Positions 1 to 13,699 of a stretch of 64,000 nt of DNA are shown here, one piece after another (the first letter of the stretch is position 1; each line of letters begins with the position of its first letter). The notes under the pieces are model-generated. The model made no database searches and was not told the DNA's origin. It saw nothing but the letters and a program-made list of their open reading frames with translations. Both the position numbers and the translations under genes were made by a program. Source of the DNA: Eledone cirrhosa. Taxonomy: Eukaryota. The DNA lies in NCBI GenBank assembly GCA_964016885.1, contig OZ024750.1:31372001-31436000 (forward strand), written 5' to 3'.

Positions 1-67
1 AAAGAAGACTGCTAAAAGAAATGATGTTTACATCTTTGCCATGGACATACCAGTTACTGTCCTGTTA

Positions 68-245
68 TTGGCAGTATCGGTAGAGGGTCGGACGCCATGC
101 TTTCCAGCTTAGTTACGTCCCTTTACGGTCTGAGTTCAAATCCCGCCGAGGTTAACTTTGCCTTTCATCCTTACGGGGTCGATAAAATAAAATACCAGTA
201 ATGTACTGGTTAATTGACGGCCTTGTGCCAAAAGTGGAAACAATT
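68..245 (+). mobile_element. tRNA-derived SINE (octopus OK-like)
   Basis: A-box tggcagtatcggtag, B-box gagttcaaatccc, body ctttgcctttcatccttacggggtcgataaa. Confidence 0.85.
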
Positions 246-1322
246 ATGTATGATTCACAAAATAAATGTTCCCTACATACTGGTAATATCAGCTGAGACA
301 AATCACATGGTAGTTGTCGAACTGGAAGCATTGTAACATTCGGTTTGAATGTGTTGACTGAGAAATGCAAGGTTTTTGTCGGGCTGTCGAACTGGAAGCT
401 TTTTAGATTCCGGTTTGAATGTTTGAAACGCCTAATTTCATAAAAGCTGATTTCTTTTCTATTAAGACTTCGCATATCTGTTAAAATAGCTATGAAATTA
501 TAGTATATGTATCAGTGAAAATTAAATACCAATAAAAGATAAATAATTGCAAATACAACACATTAGACTGTAAATCATTAAATGTAAATACTCCCTTTTA
601 ATTGACTCATTATGTAGTGGAAAATTAAGAATAAAATCAAATTCACACAATTATATATAAAATTGAAAATAAATATTTTACTAAATATGGATAATATTAT
701 TTTATCATACAAGTAAATATCTTACGAAATATCTAATTGAAAATTTCTCGCTCTTTATAAGTTCTAGGTAGAGATTTGTAAAGGTGTGCTGATATGTTTT
801 ACAACTGTTTGACGATCCAATATCTTAGAAGGGAGATATTTTATTCTAGCTCATGTAGTTATAGTAAATGTTAGTGTCGATGTTTAGTAGTCAAATTTAA
901 GCACCTTTTGTTTGTAACGTTATATATAATTGTGATCTTAGTTTGTAAATCCTTGTGAATGTTTTATATCACTCCAACGAAAGGAAAGTATTTTTTCCTT
1001 CTTCTGTAGACGTGGGCCAGACACGGTGATAAGCATGATATATATATCCCGTTAAGCTTTATGTCACGCTATTTGATCTTTCAGTATTTCTAAGCTAATA
1101 TTACAGGGTATTTTCTCGTGAAGTCTGTGGCCATCGGAGTTTACACCGTCATCCACCATTAAAGCGGAAACAGCACGGTAATATACTCAGAATTTTAAGG
1201 CATATCTATTTATTTGATGACTCCTAAAATATACTTGACAGGTACGACATTTCATCAACTATGGAGAGATTAACTTAGGCAGAATTTGAATTTAAAATGT
1301 TAAAGATTGGAACTAAATAATA

Positions 1323-1525
1323 GTTTCTGATTTAGGCGTAAGGCCAACAATTTTAGGAGCAGGGAAATTCGATTAAATCGACCTCAGTGGATTACTGGTA
1401 GATTATTTTATTGACCCCGTAAGGATGAAAGACAAAACTAACCTCGGCAGGATTTGAACAGTACGTAAATGTACGTAAGTATATGCTACAAAGTATGTTG
1501 TCATATGCTCTAACGATACTGTCAG
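1323..1525 (-). mobile_element. OK-like SINE
   Basis: Reverse of the same body. Confidence 0.7.
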
Positions 1526-3501
1526 TGCATCTTAAATTAAAATAATCAAACAACAATGAAGTTGTTAAAGTTCTTAAACTATATTTTATATTCCACGCCC
1601 TTTAAGCAGATATTTTTACAGATGGTAATGTAATTAACATTGCAATTGAAAATAATATTTTGTTACCCAAAATTAACTTGCAGGTTTGGCCGTATATCCA
1701 CGCCTAACAATTCTCTGTCGTCGCTATGTCATTTGTTCAAAGCAAATAATCATGTATTCCTAACACAGTGTCTTGATGACTTATAGAAACCAAAAATAAC
1801 AGATATACACGAAATAATCTATTAGAAAACATCAAACAAACAGTCATAAATATTAATTCGTTACGCCCTTCAACAAAATATATTTATCTATTACGAATCT
1901 ATATTATTCATTGCATACAAATTAACTCATTTAACTGTCGAATCCTCAATTAATTCATAAGATATTCACAGAACAAAATGCTATTGATTATAAACATGAA
2001 CTAATCACACGTTCACGCTAAACCTTCTTTGAAATACACTTAAACACTATTATTTACAGTGAATTCTTCCAAAACAATACATATATGCATTTGCAGTGAA
2101 TGTGTAAAAGAGAAAATTAGGAGGCCAAAAGACATTCTATTAAATAAACAAACACGAAGATTGTGTAGTAAATTACAATCTTTTTCACTTTGACTTCATA
2201 AGTTCATCTTAACATTACAAAGTAAGGAAGGTGTTGTACAAACAACTCAAATTAAAAATAAATGATTTAATGCAGTGTGTGTAGTTGTTTTGTCTGAGTT
2301 CGCAGTCCTGTCCGCGAGGTTGAGCTCCATCACCGCAGCGTCCGAGTCGCCAGAGCCCATCACTCTCGCCTTCCCCACTTCTGTGACACTAGAGCCCGTG
2401 CCTTTCCCTTCCTTTTCCGTCTCTATATTTTCTTATTTTACATTCCATTCTTTCTCCTCAAACTTTTCTTTTTCTTTTTCTATTAAATTGTTTTTACTTC
2501 TAATAAATTGTCCGTTAAATGATGAATATCCTGTGAATGTCCAATTCTCTTGTATCTAAGAATCAGACGAAGAGAAGGCTTAGCAAAGGACGTTATTAGC
2601 TTGAATATCTACCTTAACATAAAAACGCAGCCGTTGTAGATTCGCGAAGAATTTCTGAGATTATTCCACGACTTAAAATGTTCATCGGGTTTTAAAACAG
2701 GCTTTCACATGACCGAAACCTTCTAGAATATTTTCTGCGTGGAAAAGGATGTTAGAGATAAAACGAGGGCTAGGAACATATCACTCGCAGCGTGAGGGTA
2801 TTCAAAGTATCATCCACTTCTTTAGTGTGTCGTGAAGGAGGGCGAGTCTATTCTACATATTTATTTGCAAAACAAAAAATCATAACTGAAACAATGAGAT
2901 GCAGAAGTGGATATCATAACAACCACTGATTCATATCATATTCGCTTTTACTGTTTAACCTGTTCCAGCTAACGGGCGGTGGTCATACGAGGGAACGGCT
3001 ATATGTATAAGTATTCGTTACTTGTAAATAGCAAGTCTTTAAAAGGTTTCAGAATTGATGCGTCGTCTATTCGTATATCTCCACCAGCGCTACACTTATA
3101 CCTTTACGACTGGCTCAGTGATTCCGGTGTTCAGCTTTACAATCATAATAAGGCCGTAAGGTAGATTACCGATAGCGGGTGGTGTTCTTCAGCAAGATCT
3201 TCTATTTTATGTGGCTCTAATCCACTCAGCTGGCACACATAATTCAAAGGGGCAAGACCTACGACTCCATCAGGAGTTAAAGTGTCATGACATGTCATAT
3301 TAAGGTGTAATTAGAAAAGGAAAGCCATCAGTTGTACTTAAAATATGTTACACAATACTTGTAGACAACTGTGGAAAATGTTTTATTTGCTGTTATCAGA
3401 TGTAACTTAAGTGTATAGGATTGTATATAACCGTTGGATACAAAGGCACGCATACACATACACACACACATACACATACATACACACACATACATACACA
3501 T

Positions 3502-3536
<35 letters not shown>

Positions 3537-3554
3537 TAGAGAGAGAGAGAGAGA

Positions 3555-3642
<88 letters not shown>

Positions 3643-3714
3643 CAAGGGTCGGTTGAAAAGTTCATGGAATGACCAAATGAAGTTTATATTTCAACATAGT
3701 CAGTACTATTGAAG

Positions 3715-3915
3715 CCAAACTATGATTTCTGGTGTCATTCGCCATAGGACCACCACCCTACTCACCAACATCGACACAGAGTTGGCTACACGCAAGTGTG
3801 AGCATCGGGAGCTGGAATGGCTCTTCCAAAGAGTCTCCCTTACGTTTCCCGGGAAAACGTTTTTTCTATTCTGTCCGCCCGAGCCGCGGGTGACCAGCGC
3901 ATGGACTCCTATTTG
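3715..3915 (+). mobile_element. CRE-like non-LTR RLE C-terminal remnant
   Basis: TTTLLTNID..CEHRELEWLFQRVSL (LFQRxSxAxxRGNA-type motif). Homologous to 59355-59605. Confidence 0.65.
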
Positions 3916-5750
3916 TGAGAGATGGGGAAAGCGAGAGAGACTGAGAGAGTGACTATACCAGCATTGCTGAAGCATTCTGTAGAGTTAAAGGTTAAGTGAT
4001 TTCATTTAATAACTTATTCAACTATTAAACCAAAATATATATTAGCTTCAATACTCTGTGTTTGTTGATCTTAGCAATTAATGGTCAAGTTATGAGCTAA
4101 AAGCTTTAAATACATAAAAGCTTTAAATACATAAAACAGATATGATTTGGATAACCATTACATTCATGTCATGTGTCGTGATCTTTTCTACTATCTGTGA
4201 TAAGTAGTAATGATTCATACACATTCACACAAAATTATTAAATACGCGCCTTTGTCCGTGATTATCTTGTTCCAGGAACAAGATAATCAAGGATAAAAAT
4301 CCTTGATTATCTTGTTCCTTTTATCCTGAACAATGCATATTTTTCATTAGTTCTGCTACATCGACAGCGTTGTTGGGCTGAACAGTAGCAACATAAAAAT
4401 AAGATTAATTCATAACTCGAAGTATCAGAGAGAAGATTGCCTAAATTGAACTTTCCTCATTGAAGCCATATTAATAGCGAAATATACTTCTAAGCTCAAA
4501 TAACACACGCTGAGTAAAATGCTAATATTAAACATTTCGGTCATAAAACATGGTTATGTATAGTGAAAACAAACGTGAGTCGTAGATAAGAGAGTTCTGA
4601 TGATTCTTACATGTCAATATAATGGGCATAACTGTAATTTTCTCTAGACAAGATAAGACAATTTGAAACGTCAATGGAAAACGGCCAAGCTCTTAAAACA
4701 TTCAATCCGCAATCATGTGGCTCTGAGAGATATATATCACTAGAAGTGGTACCCGGCGTTGCATGGGATAACGTATTGTGAAATATATAAGCGCCTTAGC
4801 TAAGCTTAGTATTGCCACAACCACGGCTAGCAAAGAAGTAAGGGTCTGGTGGTACGTAAGTAAGTAACACTGTGGCTTAAAACGTGAGGAAGAAGTTGTG
4901 TGCACTTACCTCATAACTACATAACAGGTAATCTTATTAAATATAAAACTTATATCCAAAAAAATCAGTATAATAACATAAAGTGTGTATAACATAAAAT
5001 TTCCTTTAATATCTTAACAATTGTAACATTTATATAACTAAATAACGTAATTTTCCTTCACGCTGCTTTGATATTACATAGAAATGATTTTCTCTGATTT
5101 TATAAGATTCCTATATCTTAAAATAAAAAATCCTTTATATTTTGTATGTATATATTATATACGTAGATAGATATGTATATATGTTTATACGTGTGTATAT
5201 ATATTTATATGTATGTATATTTGCGTGTGTATATGTGTGAATATATTCTTCTAATAATATATAGATTTTTATTAATATATAGACTTAATAATAATATATA
5301 GATTTCTTAATATATATATCTCAATTTTTAATGTATCGATCTCAATATTTTAATTGATTAACTAAACATTTAATCATATTTAAACAATGGTTAAAATTCT
5401 CATATTATATATGTATCTTCCATTCATGATTATTTACATTTCTAATTTTATTTACTCTTTCACTTCATCTCAAATGTTAAGATAACTCAACAACCTATCA
5501 CTTAGAGTTTTCGCTCGCTCTCTTTTCTCTTTCTCCTCTCTCTCTCTCTTTTCTTTTTTTTCTCTCTCTTGTTCTTCTCCCTCACTCTTTCTCTTTCTCC
5601 GTAACCCAACGGCTTTTTTAAAAATATCCAATACTAACTTACCTAATAGTATAATTAAAGATATAACTCCACTATCCGGGAGCTTCCAAAAGTAATGGTT
5701 GCATTCTTTAAGGGTATGTTAATATTTATTTATAAAACTGCTCTATATTA

Positions 5751-5815
5751 TATTTTATCTGATGAAAGCACACCATAATTTAACTTGGTGTCCTTGAAAT
5801 ATGTATAATGAAATA
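5751..5815 (+). ncRNA. Minimal type I hammerhead ribozyme
   Basis: TATTTTAT-CTGATGA-AAGcACACCA..TGGTGTcCTT-GAAA-TATGT-ATA-ATGAAATA. Same family as 43491. Confidence 0.72.
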
Positions 5816-6069
5816 AATATGGTTTTATAAATATAGTTTCCATTTGTTAATATCGTATTTTTACTCCAATTATTTGTTGAGTGCTTTATATCAGTTATAA
5901 AAATATTTGCTTGTTGTATCCCAACAATTTAAATAGAACTTTTACACATATATATATATGAAAAGTGTAATTTACTACACAAAACGAAGGTTATAGAGAA
6001 AATTGAGGTTGGTAATAGCACAAAAGTATTCTGTCTCTTATATATTCCATGTGCCATTACCAACCTCAA

Positions 6070-6166
<97 letters not shown>

Positions 6167-6373
6167 AATTTTATATATATATATATATAAAAGAGTTTTT
6201 CGAATATTATTTGGCTTTAAAAAAGAGGCTGTTTTCATGATTGCAAACGAATGGAATATTATTATTAATATTCGAAAAACTCAGATTAATATATATACAA
6301 ATATATATATAAGTCCCGGGTTCTATCGGGGGTAACCACAGTAAGGTACTCAATACATTTGTAGACTGTACCC

Positions 6374-6511
6374 AACAACATTCATTATAGAAATGACTTC
6401 TACAGGACAAGTACTGTTTCATTCGAAGGAAATAATCAGGGTTTCCTGATAATTTCCTTCGAATGAAATAGTTCTACTCCTGCTGAAGCCATTTCTCTAT
6501 TAAATGTTGTT
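6374..6511. repeat. Imperfect palindrome centred just upstream of a degenerate HHR core
   Basis: CTGAT(A/T)A-tttccttcgaat-GAAA-cagtactt-GTC in the arms. Same family as 48265-48360 and 43845-43945. Confidence 0.65.
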
Positions 6512-6901
6512 ATATATATATATATAAGTATGTATACGTACATACATATATGTATACAGACGTACAGTAGTATATATATATACATACATGCAAACATATA
6601 TATATATATATGTACGCATGGATATACCGAACATTTATTATAATGCTCAGTTTGTTTGTAAACAAACATCCCGAATTAAGCCGTACAGTGTTTAGCAACC
6701 ACCGTTGCTTTTTTGTTCAACACTGACAAAGGAACGATGTACTAGTTTCAAGCTTATTAGCTATGGTCAGCACCGTATACCTTCTTGCCAGATGATTGAA
6801 CGTCTGAAAGTATATACTTTCCTTATGCATATTAACGGCTGAGCAGCCTAATTTGCATATCGAGTGAGTGAGAAATGAAATTTCGTTTCATTTTTTCCAT
6901 T

Positions 6902-6961
<60 letters not shown>

Positions 6962-6964
<3 letters not shown>

Positions 6965-7161
6965 GAGGGCGCGCTGAAAAGTTCATAGGTTGACTATGAA
7001 GGAGTGATGCTAGCGCCGTGAAATCTTGCATGCAGTAATTTCAACTCTTCTTATTAATAACTGCTTTGCTTCTTTCCAGAGACTATGTTGAAAAATAAAT
7101 ATCATTTGATAATTCCATGAGAGTATCTTAGTCAGCCTATGCATTTGCAGCTGACCCTTGT
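6962..7161. mobile_element. Mariner-type MITE
   Basis: TIRs cacgagggcgcgctgaaaagttcataggttgac and gtcagcctatgcatttgcagctgacccttgtg. A partial copy lies at 3641-3701. Confidence 0.7.
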
Positions 7162-7741
7162 GTGTGTGTGAGTTAATGCGTGGGTTGATTGTGACTGAAT
7201 CGCAACAACTAGGACAATGGTTTAGATATCCAGTTTACGTCTTTCCATTCTTTGTATATCAGACCTCAGCATTGACAACGATAATTACCAGACAAACATT
7301 TGACGATCGCTAGTATCGCCTAAGACAGCTGTGCCACATCATGGCCAAGGTCGAATCACTGAAAACATTTAAGAATAAAGCTATAGTTGTGCTTTCAATG
7401 ATACATTTTAAAAAGAAAGGCTGTTTCACAGATACACACACATGCATTCACACACCCTCACTCATTCATATATACACACACAAATACCGACATGCGCACC
7501 CATATATATATCTTACACCCACTTATGGCTTTCGTAACGTCACTGATATCACGTGCATCGAAACCATTTTAAATGAATTGAAACGACCTCAATAAAGAAT
7601 GAAATCTATTTTACCGATTTAATTCCGCATTGCTTGCCGCTTCACCCCAAGATTAAATATTGATTTCTCATTTAGACAAAAAACTTAACAGTTAATGTGC
7701 TTGCGTGTATATATATATATTTATATATATATATATATAGA

Positions 7742-7858
7742 AACGAGTAGGACCCCGACGGCTGAGCTGAAGCCGTTTCGACGGCTAATTCTGGACTAAT
7801 TTAGTCCAGAATTAGCCGTCAAAACGGCTTGAGCTCAGCCCTCGGGGTCCTACTCGTT
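7742..7858. repeat. Near-perfect palindrome carrying the 3' half of an HHR
   Basis: Centre at 7800. Minus arm reads GAAA-CGGCTtcagctcAGCC-GTC-GGGG; the CUGAUGA half is absent. Confidence 0.8.
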
Positions 7859-7939
7859 CCTATTACCCACTCTACTACCCTAAGTATTGAGTACTTTGGT
7901 GCGTTATGGTCCACCTGGTTCCTTACCACATTTCCTTCG

Positions 7940-8008
<69 letters not shown>

Positions 8009-9949
8009 GTTAAGAATAACATGGTTGACAAAACAAATAACTCTATTTAATTATAGTCTTACAATTGTTTCCATGGTAGAATTGTCTATAAATTGCTAAA
8101 TACTGGAGATGTACAAATCAACTTACAATACATATAAACATACAATTTAATCGGAGATCCAAAGTAAATATAAATATATGCGTAACGGTAAACTCAAAAA
8201 TTCAAATTATTACGTTAATACTATTGTTAATGATAAATAAACAGAGGAAGGGAGTCATATGGAAATGAGGAATAAAGAGAGAAAGAAGAAAGAAGGAACT
8301 TTATATATATATATATATATTGTAAGGAAAATAATGTAATTCCAACATTCCGCATAAATACTTCATTTAGATGCAAATCGAGAATACACACGCCAATCCT
8401 ACCTGCAATGAGAGGAGATTCAGTCACATGCTACCAATAGGGTCAGATCGTAGCAGAATCTTTGTTGGAATAAAAGAAACTCTCGTGTAGATCAACTTTT
8501 CGTTTCTCAATGACTATACAATTTCAAGCTTCAAATTATAGTTACTGCACCATTGCTCGCAACCCCTGATGATAAATCCCCAAACAACAAAAACTGTATC
8601 CATCAGGAAGATATTATACAAGACCCATTAGTAATACACTACTTCCTCTGATTTAGAGGCCTGCTACTTTTATTTCTCACACTATTCTATTGTTGCTACA
8701 ATCTCTGATTGTCTTCAATAGGCATTTGCATACATTTTCTACTCAAACTAATCCATTTCTGATTTGCTTTCGGCTCGGACTGTGACTCGCTGGCTACGCC
8801 CCAACATTTTCACTATTTTCTAATATCCCCTTAGAAAGTCAATTCTTTAGAATTCCCTCTTTTCATTGACTTATTTTCTACAGAGAACAATCATGATCTG
8901 AATAGCCACTACATCGATGTTGCTTAGTTGTTTGAATCGATTTTTACCCCTATATCACAAAAGTCAAATTAGAATCCAGCCTATATTGTACGCAAAATAT
9001 AAATGGGGGGAAATGAAAAAACTGTAAAGTAAATAATCAAGCTATAATCATTTAAGTCGGAATATGGTAGCATAGTTTTAGCGGTAAGAATAGGCACATT
9101 TTAGTTGAATGGATTTAAAACTCATCATTCTAAATTATTTTGTCCGAAGCTCTAACAACTTTGCCATTAACAACACAATTATTGACAATAATAATAGTTC
9201 ATTTCGTCTAGAGACAAATTCCTGTCATTTAAGAAAATGTCAAATGGTAAATTACAATGTTTATACCACCCCTTCAACCGAATACTTAAGCAGGGAATAG
9301 AAATTTGATTACAGTTTCCTATAGCTGGGAAAGTATCTTTCTTTTATGACACTTGCGGGAATGCAACATAATCTGCTGATAGAAGGTTTGATCTAACTTG
9401 TGTTTCAGCTTTAATTTAAAACATCATTACTGAGAATACTCTGGGTGTTATATGCTATTATTACGTGCAATAAAATGTCCGTATGCCGAATTAATTTCCT
9501 ATTTAAAAAAGAAAGTATATATGCTCTATTAGAAAATGACCATATAGAAGAGAGCACGACCTACTAGGTTATCTGTTTAGTTCACGAAAGAGCTTAGATA
9601 AAGGTAGTTTTATTTTACTTAAACTATTATTATTAAGAGGAATGAAGAGGGGATGGGATTGACCAGTTCTAAAATGCCCAAGAAACGCTGTATGTCACGA
9701 CAGCGCCACCAGAACTCCACCAGGAGTTACAGGTACATACATAAGGATACAAAACAATAAAACTAGCTATCCTTATGATATTTTTTAATGAGTGTAAAGA
9801 TTACTACTGCTTAATTATGACTATCAAATGAAACGATGTTAGGGAAGCTCTTTAACTGAAAATAAACTTTCCCAAAAGGAGCTCAATTGATATAATACGA
9901 GATCTGAGTCTGTTAAATCAAGTATCTAAAATGTTATCGTCTAAGAAAT

Positions 9950-10225
9950 GAATTGTCTAAAACAGATTGTCTAAAATAATAGATTCTAAAACAGATTGTC
10001 TAAAATAACAGATTATTGAACAAGAGAGCAGATACATCTTCCATACTGCCGCTATGATACAGAACGGGGGCTAAAATAACAGATTCTTGAACAAGAGAGC
10101 AGATATATCTTCCATACTGCAGCTATGATACAGAAGAGGGGCTAAAATAACAGCTTCTTGAACAAGGGAGGATATAAATCTACCATATTTCAGGTAGAAT
10201 AACAGATTATTGAACAAGAGAGCAG
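9950..10225. repeat. Tandem repeats of about 17 bp and about 70 bp
   Basis: aacagattgtctaaaat, then ttgaacaagagagcagata..ggggctaaaataacag repeated. Confidence 0.8.
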
Positions 10226-10279
10226 TCAGAATCAAATTACTGAAGTAGAGTTTTAAATTACTAACCTTATAACTATAAG

Positions 10280-10354
10280 TTTGCTGATACGAATTAAGTT
10301 CGTTTCCCCACAGAGATGTGCAGTTTAACAGCCACAGGTTCATCAGTCAGCAAA
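10280..10354 (-). ncRNA. Type I hammerhead ribozyme, inverted copy
   Basis: Reverse complement of 10756-10831 with one G fewer in stem II. Confidence 0.65.
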
Positions 10355-10755
10355 TGTGGATTCTGTTTACTACACATCTAACCTCGTGGATAGAGAGAAA
10401 GCTAATATACACGCTGCCTAGGGTAGGGCAAAATCACGTGTTATTTGCATCACTTAACGGTTCTCATGTATCCGAGCTCAGAAGAAAATTCTCTATTCTT
10501 CTTTGAGCTAATATCATTATTATTATTATTACTGTGAACTGCGGAATACTCTTAATTCCGATCCATGTACTTAACGAGCTCCAAATTGTTGAGTTAATAA
10601 ATTCGAATAGTTGGGCTGTTCTCTCTAGCATTTTCCCCAATCTATGAGAACCGTTATTTGATGCAAATAACACGTGATTTCGCCCTACCTTGGGCAGCGT
10701 GTATATTAGCTTTCTCTCTATCCATGAGGCTAGATGTGTAGTAAACAGCTCCACA

Positions 10756-10831
10756 TTTGCTGACTGATGAACCTGTGGCTGTTAAACTGCACATGTCTGT
10801 GGGGGAAACGAACTTAATTCGTATCAGCAAA
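10756..10831 (+). ncRNA. Type I hammerhead ribozyme
   Basis: TTTGCTGA-CTGATGA-(weak, GU-rich stem II)-GAAA-CGAActtaaTTCG-TA-TCAGCAAA. Stem I is 8 bp, stem III is 5 bp, cleavage triplet GUA. Confidence 0.75.
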
Positions 10832-11108
10832 CTTATAGTTATAAGGTTAGTAATTTAAAACTCTACTTCAGTAATTTGATTCTGACTTAGGGTTTTTTCT
10901 ATTTAATTGCTAAACCTGTAGATATTGTTTTCTATACAGTAACGGTAAAAATCACTTGTAATAATCCTTTACACACATTTCACTGTGTAACACACTTCTA
11001 TTTGTGTAATATATTTGTATCCGAGCTCAGAAGAAAATTTTCTTTGAGCTAATATTATTAATATTATTATTACTGTGAACTGCGGAATACTCTTAATTCT
11101 GATCCTTG

Positions 11109-11279
<171 letters not shown>

Positions 11280-11297
11280 ATATAATATATAGACACG

Positions 11298-11352
<55 letters not shown>

Positions 11353-11625
11353 ATATATATATATATATATATGATATATATATATTTTAATATTATTTCT
11401 GTGTATGCGTGGATTGTGATACAATTATCACTATATATATATATATACACTCACATGTGTATGTGCAACTATCCCTATGAAAAACTTTAGACATCTATGT
11501 CATTGAAAAGCTTTTACAAAAGTATCAATACAACAGCAAACGAGGTACCTCCTTCGTCTCCTCCTCCCACCACCACTATCACGACGACGACAACGACGAC
11601 GACGACGACCACCACCACCATTATC

Positions 11626-11717
<92 letters not shown>

Positions 11718-11751
11718 GACAATAATAATAATAATAATAATAATAATAACT

Positions 11752-12052
11752 AAAACATTACCAGTGGTTTTAGGCGCTCTAGGAATGATACCTAAGGGGT
11801 CTAATGATTACTTATCGCAAATCCCAGGAAACCCGCGTATAGAAGAAATACAAAGGATAGTACTAATGGGAACTGCCCATATACTAAGGAAGATTCTGTC
11901 AATATAAGTACATCACAAGTCTAAACACTAAAGATGCATGTGTGAGTATGTATGTTCTTTCTTGAACATGGCGGACCTTGTTGTCTCTTGAGGTCACTGG
12001 TTGTGACTTGGTGATAACTCGTATGAACATAAAGCAAGATAAATGCAGCTGT
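11752..12052 (+). mobile_element. R4/Dong-like non-LTR retrotransposon 3' fragment
   Basis: PVVLGALGMIPK..IEEIQRIVLMGTAHILRKILSI (RLE C-terminus) plus 3' UTR, bounded by (AAT)n. Confidence 0.8.
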
Positions 12053-12073
12053 AATAATAATAATAATAATAAT

Positions 12074-12560
12074 TTACCACATTCTGAGAAGTGGTATGAG
12101 CATAAGCCAGAGTCGGTGATAGAAAACGATCAGGTGAAGGTGCTGTGGGATTTTAGGATACAGACGGACAAGAAACTGGAACACAATAGACCTGACCTGG
12201 TGGATTTGGACAAAGAAAAACGATCGTGCCTGATTGTGGATGTGGCCTGCTCATTCGACACGAGAAGGAGAGGGAGAAAATTAACCGATACCAGGACTTA
12301 AAGTGGGAAGTAAAAAGGATTTGGAACTGCCTATGATTGTCATAGGCGCACTAGGTACTATCTCAAAAGGTTTCTAGGGATGGTTAAAGAAAATTGGTCC
12401 TGCCACGCTTTTTGGAACGCTTCAAAAGGCATGCTTGCTGGGAACAGCAAGAACCCTCCGATACGTCCTGAATATCTGAGGCTGCAGGTAGTGGCTTGAT
12501 ATTCATTTCAACAAACTTTCCAGTTAACTAACATCAATGACTGAGACTCAAAGAACAACA
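12074..12560 (+). mobile_element. R4/Dong-like non-LTR fragment with restriction-like endonuclease
   Basis: WYEHKPESVIEN..LWDFRIQTDKKLEHNRPDL..IVDVA, then IVIGALG and LQKACLLGTARTLRYVL. Bounded by (AAT)n. Confidence 0.88.
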
Positions 12561-13348
12561 ATAATAATAATAATAATAATACTTGTAATAAAATGATGAT
12601 AATATTGGTAATTGTGGTGATGCTATTGATAATACTATGAATATCGATTTCTATTGTTCACTCTTGAAGACAAGATAAGGAATTGGGCATTTAAAAAAAG
12701 AATATTCGGTTGAAAATCAATATTGGACATTAGGCATAAGCATGTTTACTGTGAAACTGCTCAGAATATCTTTCATGACACTTAAGAGAATTATTCGCCT
12801 GTTTTATTTCACACATCTGAGGTATATTTATTTTCTATTATTTTAACCCACTTATAGAAAGTAACAATTGAAGTATTTCCTATCATATGACGAAGGTTAT
12901 ATGAATAGAATGGAAAAAAACGAACAAACACAAACTGTACATTTATATAAAGTGGTTTTCCTTTTTGGTATGGACTTAATTCATATCTCGCTTTAAAAAA
13001 AAATCTGTAGAATTATATTGCTCTAAAAGGAGATTTAGTTTAGACTGTATTTAATATGGATAAACACGCTCCTTGAAATATGGAACAGTTCGGAAATTAT
13101 TTTCTAACATTAAAAATAATTCTTGTCATATTACATTAAATCATATGATAAAATATATGTATTAAATCAAATTTAAAAATATCAGTTGTAGAAATTTAGT
13201 ACGAAATCCTCTATCAATCCATAGTGGAATATATAATAGAAACCATCGATAGTACAAATAATTCGATCAAATATATTTCGTATTATTATAGAATTATATT
13301 ACTTTAACACTATCTTTCCAGGAATTATTGTATACTAACTGTTAAAGA

Positions 13349-13665
13349 AGGCGGCGAATTGGCAGAGTCATTAGAACGTCAGATAGAATGCTTTGCGGTA
13401 TTCTTTCCAGCTTTCTGCTCTCTGAATTCAAATACCGCCGTGGTCAACTTTGATTTCATCCATTCGAGATCGATAAAAAATGCCAGTTTAGTATTGTGGT
13501 CGAATCTTCCTCTATATCTCTTTCCCACTTCCAACTTCCATTCTCTCACTCTCTATCCTTCTTTGGAAGGAATCTGCTATATTCAGACCTGGAAATCTGA
13601 TGGGATCCACCAGGTGTTAAAAATACCCTAGATACGCCTCTTGCGAATGTGGCGCCCTACAACTC
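13349..13665 (+). mobile_element. OK-like SINE with extended tail
   Basis: tRNA-like head, CT-rich linker and ggaaggaatctgct..acctgga tail. Confidence 0.7.
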
Positions 13666-13699
13666 CCTAATCAAATATGGTTACATACATACATATATA

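Noticed and set aside
8560-8600. CTGATGA at 8566 (also 4597, and CTGATAA at 45243)
   Set aside because: No stem II-GAAA-stem III arrangement follows.
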